NCBI GenBank assembly: GCA_963705305.1
Contig: OY970067.1
Span: forward strand, 2,912,001 to 2,976,000
DNA: 64,000 nt
Direction: 5' to 3'
DNA from: an uncultured Methylomirabilota bacterium
GTDB taxonomy: Bacteria; Methylomirabilota; Methylomirabilia; Methylomirabilales; 2-02-FULL-66-22
Numbering within the stretch: the stretch's first letter is position 1; every line of letters starts with the position of its first letter. Made by a program: the position numbers and the translations under genes. Shown one piece after another: positions 62,103-64,000 of the stretch. The notes beneath the pieces are model-generated. The model worked only from the letters and a program-made list of their open reading frames with translations, was not told the DNA's origin and ran no database searches.

Positions 62103-62813
62103 TCAGAGCGCCTGAAGATAGGCCGGTCCGCCCAGATGGCCCATCTGCTCCAGGATCCACGCCGCCCGCTCCCGCACGTACTCGGAGGGATGCCCGGCGT
62201 GGAACCGCACCGGGTTCGGGAGCACGGCGGCGAGAAGGGCCGCCTCATCCGCCGTTAACTTCGCCGGAGGCCTAGCGAAGAACGTGTGAGCCGCGGCCGA
62301 CACGCCAAAGATTCCATCGCCGAACTCGGCGACATTCAAATAGACCTCCAAGATCCGCCGCTTCGTCCAGCAGAGCTCCAAGAGCAGGGTGAAATAGGCC
62401 TCCAGTCCTTTTCGGACGTAACTGCGGCCGGGCCAGAGGAACAGATTCCTGGCGACCTGCTGGGTGATCGTGCTGGCTCCCCGCAGGCGGCCGCGCGCCT
62501 CGTCCTCCTTCACAGCTTCTTGGATGGATGCGAAATCGAATCCCCAGTGGTACGGGAATTTCTGATCCTCGGCCGCAACCGCGGCCAGGCGCATCTCGGG
62601 GGAAATGGACTCCCATGCGGTCCAGCGGTACCGAATAACCCTGGGCGGGTTTCCCCGAACGATGTCGGCCGCGCGCTGCTCCAGCATGTACGCGCTCGTG
62701 GGGGGAGGAATCCAGCGCAGGCAGACGACGGGGACGACCGTGACTGCCAACGCCCCCAGCCCCATGTACCAGAGGACCCGGCACACCCGCCTGAATCCGT
62801 GTCTTCGCGACAT
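62103..62813 (-). CDS. mtgA: Monofunctional biosynthetic peptidoglycan transglycosylase
   Basis: AEDQKF, RGASTITQQVARNLFL, RKGLE, KRRILEVYLNVAEFG. Confidence 0.95.
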   Translation of the reverse strand: MSRRHGFRRVCRVLWYMGLGALAVTVVPVVCLRWIPPPTSAYMLEQRAADIVRGNPPRVIRYRWTAWESISPEMRLAAVAAEDQKFPYHWGFDFASIQEAVKEDEARGRLRGASTITQQVARNLFLWPGRSYVRKGLEAYFTLLLELCWTKRRILEVYLNVAEFGDGIFGVSAAAHTFFARPPAKLTADEAALLAAVLPNPVRFHAGHPSEYVRERAAWILEQMGHLGGPAYLQAL

Positions 62814-62990
62814 GGCTGTTGCCGATGCCGCCTCCCTTGGAGGCGGGGGAGGTTCACCCGCACGGTGACCGCGGCGCGCGCGAGGCCCCTTGTCCGATGA
62901 CGCGCCCGCAGGAGGAGGGGGAGGATGCCGTGCGAAGGAAGCACGGCCGCTCGGGCTCACCTGCTTCGAAAGTTCGCAGTGACTGGATCG

Positions 62991-63248
62991 CTAGAGGGGG
63001 GATTTCAAGACGCTCTGCAGCTTCGTGATCAGCGCAAGATTGGGAAGCTCGCGGAGAATCGAGCGGACGGTAAAGCCGCAGCGGCGACAGCGCTTATAGA
63101 CGTAGATCCACCGCCCCTCTTCCTGCGGCTCTCCGAGCACCTCCATGTCGGAAAAGCAACAGAGACCAGACCGCATGGGCGATACGATCCGTTCGGGAAA
63201 CTGATTGCGGGGCCGCTTTGTGTCGGTGTATTCGATAATCGTCGGCAT
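62991..63248 (-). CDS. Small Cys-rich hypothetical protein
   Basis: MPTIIEYTD...CC...YKRCRRCGFTVR; GGAG-like RBS. Confidence 0.5.
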   Translation of the reverse strand: MPTIIEYTDTKRPRNQFPERIVSPMRSGLCCFSDMEVLGEPQEEGRWIYVYKRCRRCGFTVRSILRELPNLALITKLQSVLKSPL

Positions 63249-63401
63249 TTCCCCACTCCAGGCGCCAGCGGTTTCAATGAAATATATGCATGCGACGTGT
63301 CCTGGAGTCAAGGCAAAAGCCCAACGACTGACGCATACGTATGACCGGAACCAGCCAGGCATCTGCGAGGTCCGCTCGCTCCGCCTCCGCGCCCGGCCGC
63401 C

Positions 63402-64000
63402 CTATGAGGCCACCGAGGGGTAGAGCCACCCGGCGAAGGCCACCAGACCGGCCGTCACCCCCAGCAGGACGGCCAGATCGAGCGCCACACCGCCGCTCGT
63501 TCCTCCGGCCAGCATCAGGCTCCGCAGGGCATTCACCTCGTAGCTCAGTGGGTTTGTCCGTGCGATGACCTGCAGCCAAGCCGGCATGATCGAAATGGGA
63601 TAGATGGCGTTGCTGGCAAAGAACAGCGGCATGGTCAGCACCTGCCCGATGCCCATGAACCGCTCGCGTGTCTTGACCACACAGGCGACGATCAGGGAGA
63701 AGGTGGAGAAGCAGGCGGCGCCCAGCAGGACCACCAGCATCACTCCCAGGAGGGCCTGTGGGCTCCAGTTCATCCGCACTCCCAGGAACAGTGCCAAAAT
63801 ATAAACGATTGCGGCCTGGGACAGCCCGCGGATGCCGGCGGACAGAGCCTTGCCCAGGACCAGCGCCGCGCGCGGCGTGGGCGTGGCGAGGAACTTGTGC
63901 ACGATTCCCAGATCCCGCTCCCAGATGATGGCGATGCCGTAGAAGATCGCAATGAACAGCACGCTCTGGGCCAGGATCCCGGGGGCCATAAAGTCGATGT
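63402..64000 (-). CDS. ABC-2 type exporter permease (3' part)
   Basis: APGILAQS, WERDLG, PLFFASNAIYP, NPLSYEV. Confidence 0.92.
   Translation of the reverse strand, partial: IDFMAPGILAQSVLFIAIFYGIAIIWERDLGIVHKFLATPTPRAALVLGKALSAGIRGLSQAAIVYILALFLGVRMNWSPQALLGVMLVVLLGAACFSTFSLIVACVVKTRERFMGIGQVLTMPLFFASNAIYPISIMPAWLQVIARTNPLSYEVNALRSLMLAGGTSGGVALDLAVLLGVTAGLVAFAGWLYPSVAS

Overview
High-GC bacterial chromosomal window. Gene content and repeats are compatible with an NC10/Methylomirabilota- or Rokubacteria-like organism, but this is an impression rather than something shown here. Housekeeping genes include msrPQ, ilvD, secA, rlpA, pfk, glpX, hisS, aspS and mtgA. Between them are anaerobic catabolic modules: two tungsten aldehyde:ferredoxin oxidoreductase (AOR) operons each with a MoaD/ThiS protein, a TRAP transporter plus Zn-dehydrogenase, an incomplete allF/allH/allK (FdrA/DUF2877/carbamate kinase) cluster, and a glycyl radical enzyme (GRE) of unassigned class with its activase and an Ldh_2-family oxidoreductase. 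An accessory segment at about 42-48 kb holds an XhoI/PaeR7I-type restriction-modification pair bracketed by 29-bp repeats, and an IS630 inserted at the end of a MITE. The most striking cross-cutting pattern: four reading-frame breaks (6171, 15673, 25376, 57264) all fall at GACGTTC and are repaired by restoring GACGTC. Several substitutions in conserved residues (GACGTT/AACGTC/AACGTT) hit the same hexamer. This points to a DNA modification at GACGTC that the sequencer misreads. No rRNA, tRNA or CRISPR array was seen.
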